This document shows positions 25,949 to 34,431 of a stretch of 64,000 nucleotides of DNA, in pieces. How positions within the stretch are numbered: the stretch's first letter is position 1; every line of letters starts with the position of its first letter. A model generated the notes under the pieces. That model saw only the letters and a program-made list of their open reading frames with translations, was not told where the DNA came from and searched no databases. Source of the stretch: Patescibacteria group bacterium (GTDB taxonomy: Bacteria; Patescibacteriota; Microgenomatia; UBA8517); assembly GCA_022868165.1 (NCBI GenBank), contig JALHYA010000017.1, positions 11,634-75,633 on the forward strand, in the 5' to 3' direction. A program made the translations under genes and the position numbers.

Positions 25949-26815
25949 ATGGCACAAGATACTCTAAAAAACCTGCTACCCAAGTTTGTCGAAAGCTTGA
26001 AAACCAAAGGTCGCTCCCCGTCGACCGTTCTCGCCTATCGGGCAGACCTTGAACAGCTTGTACAGTTTCTATTAAGCAAGAATAAGCCCCTTTCGGACCA
26101 GGTTAGACCCAGCGATTTGGAGGGCTTCCGTGACACCCTTTTGGCCGAAAAATACACTCCCAAAAGCGTATCCCGCAAGCTAAACGCCGTCAAAACTTTC
26201 TTTAGATGGCTGATTGCCGAGAATATTCTTACATCCGATCCTTCGGCTTCCGTAGCCCATCCCAAGATAGAAAGTTCTCTTCCCAAGTTTCTTTCCCAGC
26301 TGGAATATAGGGCTCTTCGTGATGTCGTCCGCGGGGATGTCAGAATAGCCGCTATTGTGGAGCTTATCTTGCAAACCGGAATGAGAATTTCCGAGGTTGC
26401 AAACCTTAAAATCGAAAATGTCAAAGAGAATGAAGCAAAAATTGAGGCTTACGCTACCCAGCCCGAGCGCACCGTTCCTCTAAACAAGCCGGCCAAAGAC
26501 GCTCTAAATGCTTATTTGGCAATCAGACCCGACAAAAACGGCTCGCCGTATGTGTTTGTAAGCAAAACCGGTCATCCGTTGGCAGTAAGAAATATAAGGG
26601 CCGCAATAGACAGATATATGCAAAAGGCAGAAGTTCCCGCCTATTCGGTTAATGATTTGAGAACTACTTTTATAGTCGAAAATCTTAAGGCCGGAGTTGA
26701 TTTGGTTCTTCTTTCCCAAGTAACGGGCCACAAAAGACTTTCGACAACCGAGCGTTATTTGGAGTTAGCCCAAGTCACCGAGCCCGGCAAGCGCCAAATC
26801 CTTCAGGAGCTTTAA
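25949..26815 (+). CDS. tyrosine recombinase (XerC/XerD-like integrase family)
   Basis: 288 aa. N-terminal SAM-like core-binding domain. Catalytic residues in TGMRISEV ... TGHKRLSTTERYLEL (R..HxxR..Y). Confidence 0.88.
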   Translation: MAQDTLKNLLPKFVESLKTKGRSPSTVLAYRADLEQLVQFLLSKNKPLSDQVRPSDLEGFRDTLLAEKYTPKSVSRKLNAVKTFFRWLIAENILTSDPSASVAHPKIESSLPKFLSQLEYRALRDVVRGDVRIAAIVELILQTGMRISEVANLKIENVKENEAKIEAYATQPERTVPLNKPAKDALNAYLAIRPDKNGSPYVFVSKTGHPLAVRNIRAAIDRYMQKAEVPAYSVNDLRTTFIVENLKAGVDLVLLSQVTGHKRLSTTERYLELAQVTEPGKRQILQEL

Positions 26816-26820
26816 AAGTT

Positions 26821-27019
26821 TGGTGGAGCCGCTTGGGACCGAACCAAGTACCTGTTGTTTATGATAGAGCTTCACTCTGACATGTCAGCAAAACCTCTGT
26901 GGAACGGGATGGGATCGAACCATCGACCTCATGTTTATAAGACATGTGCTCTAACCACTGAGCTACCGTTCCATTATTGCTGTCATAAGACAACCGCTCT
27001 ACCAATGAGCTACGGCTCC
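26821..27019 (-). tRNA. tRNA gene split in the anticodon loop by a ~130-nt insert (anticodon CAT or TAT depending on junction), CCA encoded
   Basis: The 5' part (27019->26990) reads GGAGCCG TA GCTC ATTGGTA GAGC G GTTGT. The 3' part (26858->26821) reads ACAAC AGGTA CTTGG TTCGGTC CCAAG CGGCTCC A CCA. The acceptor (7/7) and anticodon (5/5) stems are perfectly complementary across the insert. Confidence 0.72.
26900..26972 (-). tRNA. tRNA-Ile (anticodon TAT), located inside the split tRNA
   Basis: GGAACGG TA GCTC AGTGGTTA GAGC A CATGT CTTATAA ACATG AGGTC GATGG TTCGATC CCATC CCGTTCC A. Canonical 73-nt cloverleaf. Confidence 0.9.
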
Positions 27020-27056
27020 ATCGAGGCTATATTATATCAGAAAGAGGCTATTGAAG

Positions 27057-27908
27057 TTACTTTTTCTTCTTTTTATGATTCACGGCTCCTTCAATCTCCT
27101 CCCAATCTCTTACTTTTCGAATCTTCAGATTCTTTTCCCACATGGCTTTTAAGGCGGACATATCCACACCCATATTTTTGGCAAAACCCAAAAGCGCGAC
27201 TGTATCCTTGGGAAAACATTTGCCACCAAAACCCCGAATTGTTGTAACACTAAGGTGGCTCAACCCAATTCTGGGGTCAGCGGCAACCAGTTCCTTTACC
27301 TCGTCATATTTAATACCAAGGGCGGTACACAAGTCGTACATTTCATTCGCAAAAATGACCTTAGAAGCCAAAAGGGCATTGCTCATATATTTAACCATCT
27401 CTGCCGTGGTTGTATCCGTAATAAAAATTTTTGCTTTTGGTCCCAATAGGTCCCTATAAAGAGCAACCAATCTTTCCGAAACAGACTGGGAAAGGGCCCC
27501 TATTATTGTTCTGTCTGGGTGTAAAAAATCCCAAGGGCCATTGGCTTCAGTTAAAAATTCGGGGTTCATCGCAAAAAGCGTTTCCGGATACTTCTTTTTG
27601 AACGATACCGTTGTTCCGGGAACCACGGTGGATTTTATTGTGAGAATTTTATCTGTTTTCACTATTTTGGGTGCGATTCTATCAACAACCTCTTTGATCA
27701 CCGATAAATCGATCCCGCTGTTGTCGGAAAACATTGGAGTAGGAACACAAACAAATATAAATTCCGACTCGGATATTACTTTTTGAAGCGAAGCAGGACC
27801 TTTTTTATACTTATCCCACCAGAAAATTTCGTTTTCTTTGTTTCTAGCAAAACCTTCTCCGACGGCTTTCCCTACTATCCCCCAGCCGATAATTCCGATT
27901 TTAGCCAT
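27057..27908 (-). CDS. UDP-glucose/GDP-mannose dehydrogenase family protein, short form lacking the C-terminal nucleotide-sugar domain
   Basis: N-terminal Rossmann MAKIGIIGWGIVGKAVG. Catalytic Cys region GFGGKCFPKD. Ends after 283 aa with a KKKKK tail. Confidence 0.75.
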   Translation of the reverse strand: MAKIGIIGWGIVGKAVGEGFARNKENEIFWWDKYKKGPASLQKVISESEFIFVCVPTPMFSDNSGIDLSVIKEVVDRIAPKIVKTDKILTIKSTVVPGTTVSFKKKYPETLFAMNPEFLTEANGPWDFLHPDRTIIGALSQSVSERLVALYRDLLGPKAKIFITDTTTAEMVKYMSNALLASKVIFANEMYDLCTALGIKYDEVKELVAADPRIGLSHLSVTTIRGFGGKCFPKDTVALLGFAKNMGVDMSALKAMWEKNLKIRKVRDWEEIEGAVNHKKKKK

Positions 27909-27922
27909 CGGGCTTTATACTA

Positions 27923-30256
27923 TCATAACTTTGCTCTTCTGATAATTTCGGCATCGACTAGTTTTAGGTCGCGGCCAAATTTGAGTCTGCTCATTTCTTT
28001 TATTATCTCCGACACTCTGGGATTTTCTTCCTCTTTGAGCTTATTCATATCGCGGGTCAAGTCCATAGAAAAAGGCGGAACAGGCTCATTATTAACGGTT
28101 GTCTTGGTGTAAACATGGAACCTGTCGATATTAAGAAGGTCGTCTTCTCCAAAGGTCGGAGTAAATTCGTGAGCCAAATAGCTAGCATCGGTTACTCCTA
28201 CCCTAAAGGCAAGTATGCTTCCGACGTTTCCGAAGACGGCGTTTTTAACCTCTTCTTCCACTTGGCCGATAAACTGGTTGGCAACCGTTAGATTAAGTCT
28301 ATATTTTCTCGCCTCGGAGAGAATTTGGGCAAAGTCGGGTGTCGCAAAATTTTGAAACTCGTCAACATAAAGATAGAAATCCCTGCGGGCATCCTCCGGA
28401 ACATCCTGTCTGCTCATGGCGGCCATTAGAATTCTCGGGACCAAAACAAGCCCCAAGAAGTTGGAGTTCTCCTCCCCTATCGCACCCTTTGCCAAGTTAA
28501 TCAAAAGAATTTTGCTTTCATCCATTACTGTTCTGAATGAGAAAGAGGACTGGGATTGGCCAATTATGTTTCTTATCATTTTATTTGTAACAAAGCGGCC
28601 GAATTTGGAAACGATATAATCCAAAACTTCGGATTTATGGAAGTCGGCTGTTTGGGCAATCTGGTCGGTCCAATATCGTCTGACAATGGGATCCTGAACC
28701 TTGGGTAAAATCTCTTGGACAAAACTTGCGTCCGTAAGAATTCTCATAACCTCTACAAAAGTGCTTCCCGGCTCGCTCATGGCCGTAAGCATTGCGTTTC
28801 TGACCGCGTGTTCAAAACGGGGGCCGACAATTCCGGTTTTATAAGGGTCGAAAAGCTTGTACATCATATTAATTACTGCGGTTGAGACAAAGTGTTTTTC
28901 GTCTTCCGTGTTTGCCTCAAGAAGATTAAGTCCCATTGGCCTCTCCGTGTCCGACGGATTAAAGTAGATAACATCCTCTGCACGTTCCGGCGGAATTAGT
29001 TTAAGCAAATCCTCGATTGCGTCTCCGTGCGGGTCCATAAAGCAAATTCCGCGTCCGGCTTTTATATCCTGCATAATAAGATCCTTAAGAAGTTCCGTCT
29101 TTCCGGTTCCGGTTTTGCCGATAATATACATGTGTCTGCGCCTATCGTCATTTGAGATATAAACTGCCCGTTTTATTCCCCGATAAGTACTTTGTCCCAA
29201 AAAAAGTCCCTCTGTGGGAATTTCTGCCGGTGCCGGGGCCGTCTTGGAATACAACCAATAGATATGCGGGGTTGTTACCTGCTTATTTGGAAAATGATAA
29301 ATAGTTGCCAACTCTTCGGAGTTTAGAATCGAAGGATGGTTTCCGAAAAGATGGAACATCGGCTGATAGCGATAGAGAAAATCTTCCATAAAGCTCCCTT
29401 TGCTTCGAATTTTGCGGCTTTTTATGTTGTTGTTTTCGCTCGCGAACTGGCTAAAGGAGGAGTTGATGTTGTCCAAAATCATTTTCGCTTTCTCGGCTGC
29501 CACGGAAACAACAACTATGCGAATTGAGGTTTCAAACCCGGGCTTGGAAATTTTATTCTCAACAGCCTCTAGGGTTTTCGCACTTGTCGAAAACTTGGCT
29601 TTCTCGGGATCGGACTCTTGTTTTTTGGTATCGGAAATAAACTTTCTTCCGTCTTTTTGCCAACTGCTTTCCACCGGAGACAACAATATTTGAATCGCTG
29701 CGGCTTCCCCAGGGCCCATTTTTGCCATTGCGGAGGAAAGTGAAGAAAGCGGGTCGGTAACCAAATCTTTGAATGTTTTTATGGGAAAGAAGTTTGACTT
29801 GGCAAGCTGCAAAGATTTGTAAGCAACTTTTCCGTTTTCGCTGAAAATATTGTATTCAGGAACTTCCAAAATTTCGGCATCCGAATATGCCCCATGAATT
29901 TGCTTTTCGATAAGGTCCTGCATTCTCTTTGGAGTCCAAACATAGAATCTGATATCTTCTTGTCTTGCTACCAACTCGAAGCTGATTGTGGGTTGAGTAG
30001 AAAATCTTTGCTTCCATCCTCCTTTTTTGATTGAGTAAAGAGATGCAAATAGCTGCTCCATTGCGTCGATTTTGATTTCATTTCCTCGAGGAACGGCAAC
30101 TTGAAGAAGAACCGAGTCTATGGAGCGCTCTTCTCTTCCCCTGAATTTAAAAAAAGTAAAAAAAATGTATGCCAAGGAAACAAGCAAGAGAAAGCTTAAC
30201 GAAATCAAAACGAGAACCAGAAAAATTGCGTTTACATCGATTGTTGCGGGGATCAT
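27923..30256 (-). CDS. TraD/VirD4-like (type IV coupling protein-like) FtsK/HerA-superfamily ATPase with N-terminal membrane anchor
   Basis: 777 aa with an N-terminal TM helix. Walker A IIGKTGTGKT, Walker B LYVDEFQNF, ARKYRLNLTVANQ arginine-finger-like region. Confidence 0.75.
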   Translation of the reverse strand: MIPATIDVNAIFLVLVLISLSFLLLVSLAYIFFTFFKFRGREERSIDSVLLQVAVPRGNEIKIDAMEQLFASLYSIKKGGWKQRFSTQPTISFELVARQEDIRFYVWTPKRMQDLIEKQIHGAYSDAEILEVPEYNIFSENGKVAYKSLQLAKSNFFPIKTFKDLVTDPLSSLSSAMAKMGPGEAAAIQILLSPVESSWQKDGRKFISDTKKQESDPEKAKFSTSAKTLEAVENKISKPGFETSIRIVVVSVAAEKAKMILDNINSSFSQFASENNNIKSRKIRSKGSFMEDFLYRYQPMFHLFGNHPSILNSEELATIYHFPNKQVTTPHIYWLYSKTAPAPAEIPTEGLFLGQSTYRGIKRAVYISNDDRRRHMYIIGKTGTGKTELLKDLIMQDIKAGRGICFMDPHGDAIEDLLKLIPPERAEDVIYFNPSDTERPMGLNLLEANTEDEKHFVSTAVINMMYKLFDPYKTGIVGPRFEHAVRNAMLTAMSEPGSTFVEVMRILTDASFVQEILPKVQDPIVRRYWTDQIAQTADFHKSEVLDYIVSKFGRFVTNKMIRNIIGQSQSSFSFRTVMDESKILLINLAKGAIGEENSNFLGLVLVPRILMAAMSRQDVPEDARRDFYLYVDEFQNFATPDFAQILSEARKYRLNLTVANQFIGQVEEEVKNAVFGNVGSILAFRVGVTDASYLAHEFTPTFGEDDLLNIDRFHVYTKTTVNNEPVPPFSMDLTRDMNKLKEEENPRVSEIIKEMSRLKFGRDLKLVDAEIIRRAKL

Positions 30257-30588
30257 TGTTTTCGTCCTCCTACTACCATCTGCCAGCCGAAATGAATTGC
30301 TTTCTTAATTATTCTAACCCAGAAAGCCGCAAACCAAGTCAGAGAATCATTTATGGAACCCTTTGCCACCGTTGTAAGTTGAGCCTGGTCCGCAGGAATT
30401 TGAACCGAAACGGCTCCAGAACCTGTCGGTTGGACCAACGGCTGACCTTTATCGTCGGTTACTTTGGCCTTAAACTGCGTAGGCGTCGGGGTAACGAACG
30501 ATTTGTTCTCAACTTCCATAGGAATTTCGGGAAATTCTTCCGGTCTTTCGACAACTGGAAGAGATTCCTTTTCGGGAAAAGGACTCAT
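30253..30588 (-). CDS. small protein with C-terminal membrane helix (partner of the ATPase)
   Basis: 111 aa. 4-nt overlap with the ATPase start. Hydrophobic segment WFAAFWVRIIKKAIHFGW near the C-terminus. Confidence 0.5.
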   Translation of the reverse strand: MSPFPEKESLPVVERPEEFPEIPMEVENKSFVTPTPTQFKAKVTDDKGQPLVQPTGSGAVSVQIPADQAQLTTVAKGSINDSLTWFAAFWVRIIKKAIHFGWQMVVGGRKQ

Positions 30589-30595
30589 ATAAAAT

Positions 30596-31144
30596 TCATT
30601 TTAACACCTTTGGGGGCCACGAAGTTTCGGCAGTTTTCTCCCTGGAGTTTGCTTCTCTCGCCAACATGAAGAGGAGGTCACTTAGGCGGTTAAGAAAAAC
30701 CAAAACCGAGGGATTCACTTTTTCCTCTTTCGAAAGCGTAACCACCATTCTCTCTGCCCTTCTTGACACAGACCGCGCCAGATGAAAATTTGCGGACAAA
30801 ATGCTTCCTCCCGGAAGAATAAAATGTCCCAAAACCGGAAGTTTTCCCTCCAAATAATCAATTTTCTTCTCCAGATATTTCACTTTTGAGGCCGAAAATC
30901 TTTTGTTGGCTCCCGCCAAAATTGCTCCGATTGTAAATAGGTCGCTCTGGATTTTTTGAATAAACTTTTTGCCGGAGCCGTCTTTTTCCAAAGAAGCGCA
31001 AATTCCCAAAACGCTATTAAGTTCATCGATGGAGCCGATTGAATGGACTGTCAAAGAGTCTTTTGAAATGCGGATTTTTTGAGAAGACTCTTTGTCGTAA
31101 AGAGAAGTTTCACCTTTATCCCCCCTCCTGGTATAAATAGCCAT
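30596..31144 (-). CDS. ATP:cob(I)alamin adenosyltransferase (PduO type)
   Basis: MAIYTRRGDKGETSL N-terminus and about 180-aa helical bundle length typical of PduO-type ATR. Confidence 0.85.
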   Translation of the reverse strand: MAIYTRRGDKGETSLYDKESSQKIRISKDSLTVHSIGSIDELNSVLGICASLEKDGSGKKFIQKIQSDLFTIGAILAGANKRFSASKVKYLEKKIDYLEGKLPVLGHFILPGGSILSANFHLARSVSRRAERMVVTLSKEEKVNPSVLVFLNRLSDLLFMLAREANSREKTAETSWPPKVLK

Positions 31145-31377
31145 TATTCTTTCTTCATAAAAACAAATCGAGGAACCTTCTGTCCGTTAATCTCCACCTC
31201 TTCAGTAAACATATTTTTGGGTCTAACCCAAAGCTTTGAATCGGGATTATCGTAAAGAGCCTCATAGACTACTAACTCTTCCGATGTTTCACTGTGTTTG
31301 GCCACACCGATAACTCTATAAAAATTTCCAGTTTTTGAATGTTTATAAATTCCCGGTTCTATATTCTCTTTCGACAT
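31144..31377 (-). CDS. DUF1653 domain protein
   Basis: 77 aa. GIYKHSKTGNFYRVIGVAKHSETSEELVVYEALY...LWVRP matches the DUF1653 signature. Confidence 0.75.
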   Translation of the reverse strand: MSKENIEPGIYKHSKTGNFYRVIGVAKHSETSEELVVYEALYDNPDSKLWVRPKNMFTEEVEINGQKVPRFVFMKKE

Positions 31378-31464
31378 CTCGCGCTATTTTAACCCGCGAG
31401 GCAACCTTTTTGAAGAAGCTGTTAAAGAGTTGCGAGCGCGAGGAAATTTTTCGACAAAGCTCGC

Positions 31465-33984
31465 CTAGCATTCACTGTGGCCACAGGAGTAGCATTTTGC
31501 GCAGCCTTCTTCATAAACCAGCGCACTGGCTCCGCATGAGGGGCAGATATCACCTATTGCCATGTGTGCCTCGGAAAAAGCGGAAGCTGGAGCCGGTATG
31601 GGGTCAGAAGTTTGACTCCGGACAGGAGTTTGGTGTCCCGTCCCATTTGGGGCGGGACCATTCGCCACCACAACAGCCCCAGCTTCTTCAATGTGAGTAA
31701 CGCTGTTCGTTGCCGCATCGCCATTTGTTGCAACTCCATTTCCTTCTACTAAAGCTGCGAAACCGTTAATTTTAAAGTCGTAGTGGATAGAAAGAGCCGC
31801 CGCAATTGCATCCGGAAGTGAGCGGATTTTGTTGGGCCCAAATCCTACCGAGCGTCTTCCTCCAATTCCCGAGAGCTGTCTAGCAATTTCTCTGGCCCGT
31901 TCTTTGGAATTTAGATGACCCCTAAAGCGAAGTGCGGTTGAAATTGTTCTACCCAAAGCCTCGGCCATTGCCGCAACATCGCTTCCGGCCTTGCCTACAT
32001 TGATAAAAACTTCCAAAGGCATGTTGTCGGTAGTTTCGTTGATTGTCACAAACGCGCTGCCTACCGGCGTTGCGAGTCTGTATGTTGCTCCCTTAGCAAC
32101 CATAGGTCTTTCAATCAGCGTTGTCGCGTTATCCATGATAACCGGCTGCGGCGTTTCTTTGGCTTCTTCTTTTTTCTGGGGGACCGTTTCCAAAACCCCG
32201 GGACGGGAACCGGCTCTCATAAAAGTTACTCCCTTACAACCCAACTCATATGCCAAGTTATAAAGCTTCTTTACGTCATCAACACTAAAGCTTGCCGGAG
32301 CGTTAACGGTCTTGGAAATAGAAGCATCAACATATTTTTGAATCGCCGCCTGAACTTTTACATGGTCTTCGGGAGTAAGATCCTGGGCTGTAACAAAATA
32401 TTGCGGAGGAGTTTCTTCGGGATGCTCATTCTTCCAAGAATCATAAAGCGAATGATAGATTCTATGCTCTCCAAGCCTGTCTCTTCTTATAAACGAAAAC
32501 TCATAAACCGGCTCAATCCCAGAAGTTACGCCGGCCATAAGCGAGGTCGATCCGGTAGGCGCCTGCATAAGGATTACAGAATTCCTGGTCCCGTTTTTCT
32601 TGACTTTCTTCAAAAGCTCTTGAGGCAATTGGCCCACAAAATAGCTTTTGGTATATTTTTCGGGGTCAAATTTCGGAAACGCGCCTTTTTCGTGTGCAAT
32701 ATCGCTTGATGCGCCGTAAGCCGTATCCCTTATTAATTTATAAATTTTCTCAATAACTTTTATGGACTCTTCGCTTCCATAGCGGATTTTCATCCGAATC
32801 AACGCATCTCCCAGACCCATCGTTCCCAATCCAATCCTTCTCTCCCCCTCAAGCTGTGTCTTTTTAATTCCGTCAAAAATATAGATATCGGAATCGATAA
32901 CATTATCCAAGAACCTCACGGCAATCCTGACATGCTCGGCCAAAGAGTTGTAGTCAAAACTGCCGTCTTCTTTAACAAAAGGAACCAAATTTAGGGAGCC
33001 CAGATTGCAAACTCCATAGGCAGGAAGGCCTTCCTCCCCGCAGGGGTTAACGCAGTTAATTTTATTGAAGTAATAATTGTTGTGCCATTTGTTGTATCTT
33101 TCCATAAATACAACGCCGGGTTCGGCGGATGTCCAAGCCGCCTGTGCAATCATGTCCCAGAGCTCCCTGGCCTTAATTGTTTTGTAAATTTTTATTTTTC
33201 CGCCGGCTTCAAGCCAATTTTCCAAAATGCCATCCCATTTTTCGTCGTATATCGGGTCATCCAAATCGGGGAAAATTAGCGGCCAGTCTTCGTTTTTCTT
33301 GACCGCTTCCATAAACCTGTCCGAAACGCAAACAGAAAGGTTGGCGCCATTAATTTTACTCAAGTCCTTCTTTATGGTGATTAACTCTTCAATATCGGGG
33401 TGCCAGTCCCAAAGCATAAGCATGAGTGCTCCCCGCCTGGTTCCCCCTTGCTGGATAATATCGTGGGTGGCAACCGAATAAAGTTCTGCCCAATTAAGAG
33501 GTCCCGAAGAAAATCCGTTGACTTTCTTGACCCTGGCGCCCTTTGGTCGCAGGGATGAAAGGTTTATTCCGACCCCACCCCCGCGACTCATAATTTCAAC
33601 CATCTCCTTGAGGTTATCCAAAATTCCGTCCCTTGAATCCTTTGGACTCGGAAGAACATAACAGTTGTAGTAAGTTACGGCAAAACCGGTGCCGGCACCG
33701 GAAAGAATTCTTCCTCCGGGAACAAATTTGAACTCATCCAAAGCTTTGTAGAATTTTTCTTCCCACTCTTTTTTCTTTTTGCCGGTTTTTTCAATCTGCG
33801 CGACTCCCCTGGCTACTCTTCTCCACATTTGCTCGGGATAATCTTCCAGTGGACTGCCGGCTTCGTCTTTGAGGGAATATCTGTCTATAAAAACTTCGCG
33901 CCTTATTCCTTCAAGCACTGTTCCGTTTTCGACAGGCTCCGGCATCACCCTGAGAAGTTTTTGTGTAGTATTTTTCTTTTGCAT
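31465..33984 (-). CDS. nrdJ: adenosylcobalamin-dependent ribonucleoside-triphosphate/diphosphate reductase (class II)
   Basis: 839 aa. Active-site region VNPCGEEGLPAYGVCNLGSLNL, thiyl-loop context. C-terminal Cys-rich zinc ribbon CPSCG...CAKCYSCGHSEC. Confidence 0.9.
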   Translation of the reverse strand: MQKKNTTQKLLRVMPEPVENGTVLEGIRREVFIDRYSLKDEAGSPLEDYPEQMWRRVARGVAQIEKTGKKKKEWEEKFYKALDEFKFVPGGRILSGAGTGFAVTYYNCYVLPSPKDSRDGILDNLKEMVEIMSRGGGVGINLSSLRPKGARVKKVNGFSSGPLNWAELYSVATHDIIQQGGTRRGALMLMLWDWHPDIEELITIKKDLSKINGANLSVCVSDRFMEAVKKNEDWPLIFPDLDDPIYDEKWDGILENWLEAGGKIKIYKTIKARELWDMIAQAAWTSAEPGVVFMERYNKWHNNYYFNKINCVNPCGEEGLPAYGVCNLGSLNLVPFVKEDGSFDYNSLAEHVRIAVRFLDNVIDSDIYIFDGIKKTQLEGERRIGLGTMGLGDALIRMKIRYGSEESIKVIEKIYKLIRDTAYGASSDIAHEKGAFPKFDPEKYTKSYFVGQLPQELLKKVKKNGTRNSVILMQAPTGSTSLMAGVTSGIEPVYEFSFIRRDRLGEHRIYHSLYDSWKNEHPEETPPQYFVTAQDLTPEDHVKVQAAIQKYVDASISKTVNAPASFSVDDVKKLYNLAYELGCKGVTFMRAGSRPGVLETVPQKKEEAKETPQPVIMDNATTLIERPMVAKGATYRLATPVGSAFVTINETTDNMPLEVFINVGKAGSDVAAMAEALGRTISTALRFRGHLNSKERAREIARQLSGIGGRRSVGFGPNKIRSLPDAIAAALSIHYDFKINGFAALVEGNGVATNGDAATNSVTHIEEAGAVVVANGPAPNGTGHQTPVRSQTSDPIPAPASAFSEAHMAIGDICPSCGASALVYEEGCAKCYSCGHSEC

Positions 33985-34431
33985 TTATTTTCTGTCTTCA
34001 ATTGCCTTTTCAAAATCGCTCAAGTCCTCAAATTCCAGGTAAACACTTGCAAATCTCAACCATGCCACCTTGTCAATCTTCCTTAAACGCTTAAGAACCG
34101 CATTTCCTATCATTCTTGAAGGAATTTCTTCCTTCTCACTTCTTAGCATTTCCCTCTCTACATCCCCCACCAAATCTTCTACTAAATCCAAAGAAACCGG
34201 CCTCTTTTCTATGGCTCTTAAAACTCCCCGTTTTATTTTTTCTCTGTCAAAAGGCTCTCGTCTGCCTTCTTTTTTAACCACCCATAAAACCGAACCTTTG
34301 ACTCTTTCGACCGTTGTAAATCTCTTCCCACATTTGGCACATTCCCTGCGTCTTCTTATCCCTTCGCCGTCATCCGTTACTCTTGACTCGAGAACCTGAG
34401 TATCACTGCCTCCGCAGAATGGACATTTCAT
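33985..34431 (-). CDS. nrdR: transcriptional repressor NrdR
   Basis: MKCPFCGGSDTQVLESR zinc ribbon plus ATP-cone. Its stop abuts the nrdJ start. The maximal ORF runs to 34443. Confidence 0.9.
   Translation of the reverse strand: MKCPFCGGSDTQVLESRVTDDGEGIRRRRECAKCGKRFTTVERVKGSVLWVVKKEGRREPFDREKIKRGVLRAIEKRPVSLDLVEDLVGDVEREMLRSEKEEIPSRMIGNAVLKRLRKIDKVAWLRFASVYLEFEDLSDFEKAIEDRK

Noticed and set aside
26859-26989. Group I intron or archaeal bulge-helix-bulge intron as the explanation for the tRNA interruption.
   Set aside because: The insert is only about 130 nt and 73 nt of it is a tRNA, leaving no room for the P3-P9 core. The 5' junction falls inside a 6-bp helix rather than in a 3-nt bulge flanking a 4-bp helix. 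The mechanism is left open.
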